A DNA stretch of 35,815 nucleotides from Methanomassiliicoccaceae archaeon. Its GTDB lineage: Archaea > Thermoplasmatota > Thermoplasmata > Methanomassiliicoccales > Methanomethylophilaceae. Where the stretch lies: positions 1 through 35,815 of the forward strand of contig JAIRJQ010000026.1 of the NCBI GenBank assembly GCA_031260545.1, in the 5' to 3' direction. Shown piece by piece: positions 33,386-35,815 of this stretch. Position numbers and translations under genes: made by a program. The notes under the pieces were generated by a model. The model ran no database searches and had not been told where the DNA came from. It saw only the letters and a list, made by a program, of their open reading frames with translations. The stretch's first letter is position 1. Each line of letters starts with the position of its first letter.

Positions 33386-35815
33386 TCACTTGTTGCTCTT
33401 TGCTGCAGTGAAGTCCACCTTTGTCCTCTTGTGCCTGACCTCGGTCGTGACCTCCTGCTCATTCACGGCGTAACCGTCGGCGGATACTTTGATAACGACC
33501 GTCGATCTCTTGGACACCGGTATCTCATATCTTCCGTTGGATTCGGCCCTCACCGGCTTTTTTGCCTTTCCGTTCACAGTGTATGATATCACGGCGTTGC
33601 CTATGCCTTTCCCGTTGACTGTCACCGTTCCGAATATCGCCGGCCCCTCTCTGCACCACAACACGAAGAATATCGTGGCCCCGATGAGGACCAGTAATAT
33701 CCACCAGTACTCCTTGTCCTCGTCTGAGAATATCGCCGTCAGGTCCAGGGACTCTGTTACCGTGACCCTGTAAACGGAGCCGGTCGTCCTCAGAATCGGT
33801 AATTCTATCCCTTCGATCGCGACCGCCCATGTCACTGTGCCGCGGGTCGCGGCCGCTATCTCGATGTCCGTTCCGTCGAGCACTTCTTTCTCCCAGGTCC
33901 CTTTGTCATCTATCATGAATGATCCTTCTTCAACGACCCTGCCGTTGTATCTCAGAGTGTAACTGAACTTCCTTCCTTCTTCGGACGTCACCGTGACCGT
34001 GTACCACGGATCGAGGCTCAGTACCATCTCGAAGTCCTGCGCCGCATCGGCGTCCATGTGGAACGTCAGGGGATCCGTCGGGAAACCGTCGAAGGGAACG
34101 ACAGTGTAGCCGTATCTTTCCGTGTTCATTATCGAGACATTGGAACCGCTGGGCACCGTTATCGTATATTCGCCGTTCGTATCCGTGACGGCCGTTCCGG
34201 ATGTTGTCGATCCTGTGTGTTCCGTTTTGTATGATATCGCAGCGCCCGATAACGGATCGCCGTTGTATGTGACGATGCCTGATATTGAGAATGTTTCCGC
34301 ATCGCCGCTGCCTGATCCCTTGTGATGCTCCATCTCGAAATCGAGTGTCGCATTCCTGTCCATGTGCACAACTATCGGATCGCCCGGGAATGCCGGATGA
34401 TCGGGATGCGGAGCAACGACGAAACCGTACTTGGTCACACCTGTTATTGTGACCGTGGAACCGCTGGGCACCCTTATGGTGTATTTGCCGTCATCGCCGG
34501 TGGATGTCGTTTCCTGCGTTACGTTTCCTTTGTATTCCACCGTATACGTTATCGTGACGTCCTTCATCCCTCCGGGGCCGGGGGCCGCGGAGTCATGCCA
34601 TACCGTGCCGTTTATGTCGAATGCGGGAGGGTCGCCGCCGCTGCCGCCATCATGTTCCATGTCAAAGTCCAATGTGACGCTCCTGTCCATGTGTATGACT
34701 ATCGGATCGCCCGGGAATGCCGGATGGTCCGGATGCTGAACAAGCGTGAAACCGTACTTGACCACATTTATTATTGTGACCGTGGAACCGCTCGGCACCG
34801 CTATCATGTACGCTCCGTCGACGGATGTCTGCACTGTTCCCGGTGTTGAGCTCAGTTCGCCGTAAAGGACATAGGTGTATGTCACCGTGACATCCTCCAA
34901 GCCTCCCGGTGATATCGAATCGTGCCACACCCTTCCTGATATCGTGAACAGATACGGTTCGCCCGTTGCGGGATCATCGTCCTCGTCGTGTACCAGTGTG
35001 AAGTCTATGTCCTCATGATCTTTGACCATTAACAATGAGATCGGAACATCGGCCGGATCGCTGAGGGCGAATCCGTATCTGTACACGTCCGTTATCTTCA
35101 CCGTCGCACCGTTCGGCACGGTTATCGTATATATGCCGCCGTTGCCGGTGTATGTGCGAAGTCCCGTGGCGATACTGCCGTCCGCGTACATCACATCATA
35201 TGTTATCCGAACGCCGTTCATCCCTCCGGGCGATATCGAATCGTGCCATACCGTCCCCGTCACGTAATATTCCACACCTGGATCGTATCGCATCGTGAAG
35301 TCCACGTCCTTATGGTCATCATATTCCATGAAGAACTCGAATCCTATCCATTCATTATCATCAAGAATGTACCCGTACTTCTCCACGCTCCTTATTATAA
35401 CCGTGACACCGATCTTTACGCCGATCCTGTATCTGCCGTCGGCATCCGTCAGTATCGTGTGCTCGAACGTATAACCGTCATCATCCATCACGTAAGTTAT
35501 CGTAACGCCCTCCATGCCTCCCAGCGGGCCGGTGACCTTACCTTCCACGTATGGTTCCAGATCCATATCGTGATACATATCGAAGTCCTGCACTATGTTG
35601 AAGTTCATGTGGAGGTCCATCGGATCATCGGGGAAGCTTCCTATCGGAGTGACCAGGTATCCTAACCTCTCTACGGATTTTATCGAAACGTGTGTGCCGC
35701 TCGGTACCTTTATCGTGTATATGCCGCTCTGGTCCACCGTTGCCGTGAGGCCGCTGATGTGGCCCCCTCCTATGTAGGTGACATCATACGTTATCACGGC
35801 ACCCGTGAGAGGCAT
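33386..35815 (-). CDS. Large repeat-built cell-surface protein (partial; N-terminus beyond the right edge), made of CarboxypepD_reg/Cna-B-like beta-sandwich modules, a TM helix and a post-TM module
   Basis: At least 7 modules of about 95-110 aa fit the pattern G.V...G.PL.G..ITY......TD..G.Y.I.VP.GS.V.I..V.KYGY...HMD...DF.M. The TM segment YWWILLVLIGATIFFVLWC lies at 33653-33709 and is followed by an 88-aa module of the same pattern. Confidence 0.7.
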   Translation of the reverse strand: MPLTGAVITYDVTYIGGGHISGLTATVDQSGIYTIKVPSGTHVSIKSVERLGYLVTPIGSFPDDPMDLHMNFNIVQDFDMYHDMDLEPYVEGKVTGPLGGMEGVTITYVMDDDGYTFEHTILTDADGRYRIGVKIGVTVIIRSVEKYGYILDDNEWIGFEFFMEYDDHKDVDFTMRYDPGVEYYVTGTVWHDSISPGGMNGVRITYDVMYADGSIATGLRTYTGNGGIYTITVPNGATVKITDVYRYGFALSDPADVPISLLMVKDHEDIDFTLVHDEDDDPATGEPYLFTISGRVWHDSISPGGLEDVTVTYTYVLYGELSSTPGTVQTSVDGAYMIAVPSGSTVTIINVVKYGFTLVQHPDHPAFPGDPIVIHMDRSVTLDFDMEHDGGSGGDPPAFDINGTVWHDSAAPGPGGMKDVTITYTVEYKGNVTQETTSTGDDGKYTIRVPSGSTVTITGVTKYGFVVAPHPDHPAFPGDPIVVHMDRNATLDFEMEHHKGSGSGDAETFSISGIVTYNGDPLSGAAISYKTEHTGSTTSGTAVTDTNGEYTITVPSGSNVSIMNTERYGYTVVPFDGFPTDPLTFHMDADAAQDFEMVLSLDPWYTVTVTSEEGRKFSYTLRYNGRVVEEGSFMIDDKGTWEKEVLDGTDIEIAAATRGTVTWAVAIEGIELPILRTTGSVYRVTVTESLDLTAIFSDEDKEYWWILLVLIGATIFFVLWCREGPAIFGTVTVNGKGIGNAVISYTVNGKAKKPVRAESNGRYEIPVSKRSTVVIKVSADGYAVNEQEVTTEVRHKRTKVDFTAAKSNK
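34328..34982 (-). repeat. Two tandem 327-nt (109-codon) intragenic repeat units
   Basis: 34328-34480 and 34655-34807 are near-identical. They encode KYGF..(A/V)(P/Q)HPDHPAFPGDPIV(V/I)HMDR..TLDF(E/D)MEH. The offset is exactly 327 nt. Confidence 0.75.

Noticed and set aside
1-35815. CRISPR arrays, IS/transposase genes, integrases, toxin-antitoxin or other defence islands
   Set aside because: I saw no direct-repeat/spacer periodicity outside the surface-protein gene, and no transposase, integrase or nuclease-helicase type ORFs. Gene content is housekeeping throughout.

Overview
Tightly packed archaeal chromosomal segment with about 36 CDS, many joined by 1-4 nt start/stop overlaps. Archaeal markers are exosome Csl4, Nob1, a split FpoJ, type III RuBisCO with AMP phosphorylase, and a geranylgeranyl-reductase family gene. 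Gene content plus a complete lack of TAG stop codons fits a Thermoplasmata, Methanomassiliicoccales-like organism; this is an inference, not proven. Main blocks: (i) proBA at 0.3-2.8 kb, with proC separated at 21.6 kb. (ii) A wHTH-Cys-rich-G3E GTPase fusion next to an orphan GltB-FMN-like protein. (iii) An RNA-processing cluster: METTL5-like methyltransferase, csl4, a THUMP-less ThiI-like PP-loop protein and nob1. (iv) A long-chain-type prenyl diphosphate synthase plus GGR-family reductase. (v) An fpoABCDHIJJKLMN operon (21.5 to 11.1 kb, minus strand) with no fpoF/fpoO and an FpoI carrying four Fe-S motifs. (vi) A folD-kptA-TiaS-like-uppS-B12/radical-SAM gene string. (vii) An RNase III-domain gene followed by e2b2-rbcL-deoA (the complete archaeal AMP/pentose-bisphosphate module) and a translationally coupled CE4 hydrolase. 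(viii) The 3' 2.4 kb of a large repeat-built surface protein. I saw no rRNA, tRNA, CRISPR array or IS element by eye. All functional calls rest on motifs read from the supplied translations; no searches were run. The most interesting items are the TiaS-kinase-like paralogue, the RNase III-domain gene heading the AMP module, the wHTH-GTPase fusion, the 4-cluster FpoI, the prenyl synthase/reductase pair beside fpo, and the B12-domain radical SAM gene next to uppS.
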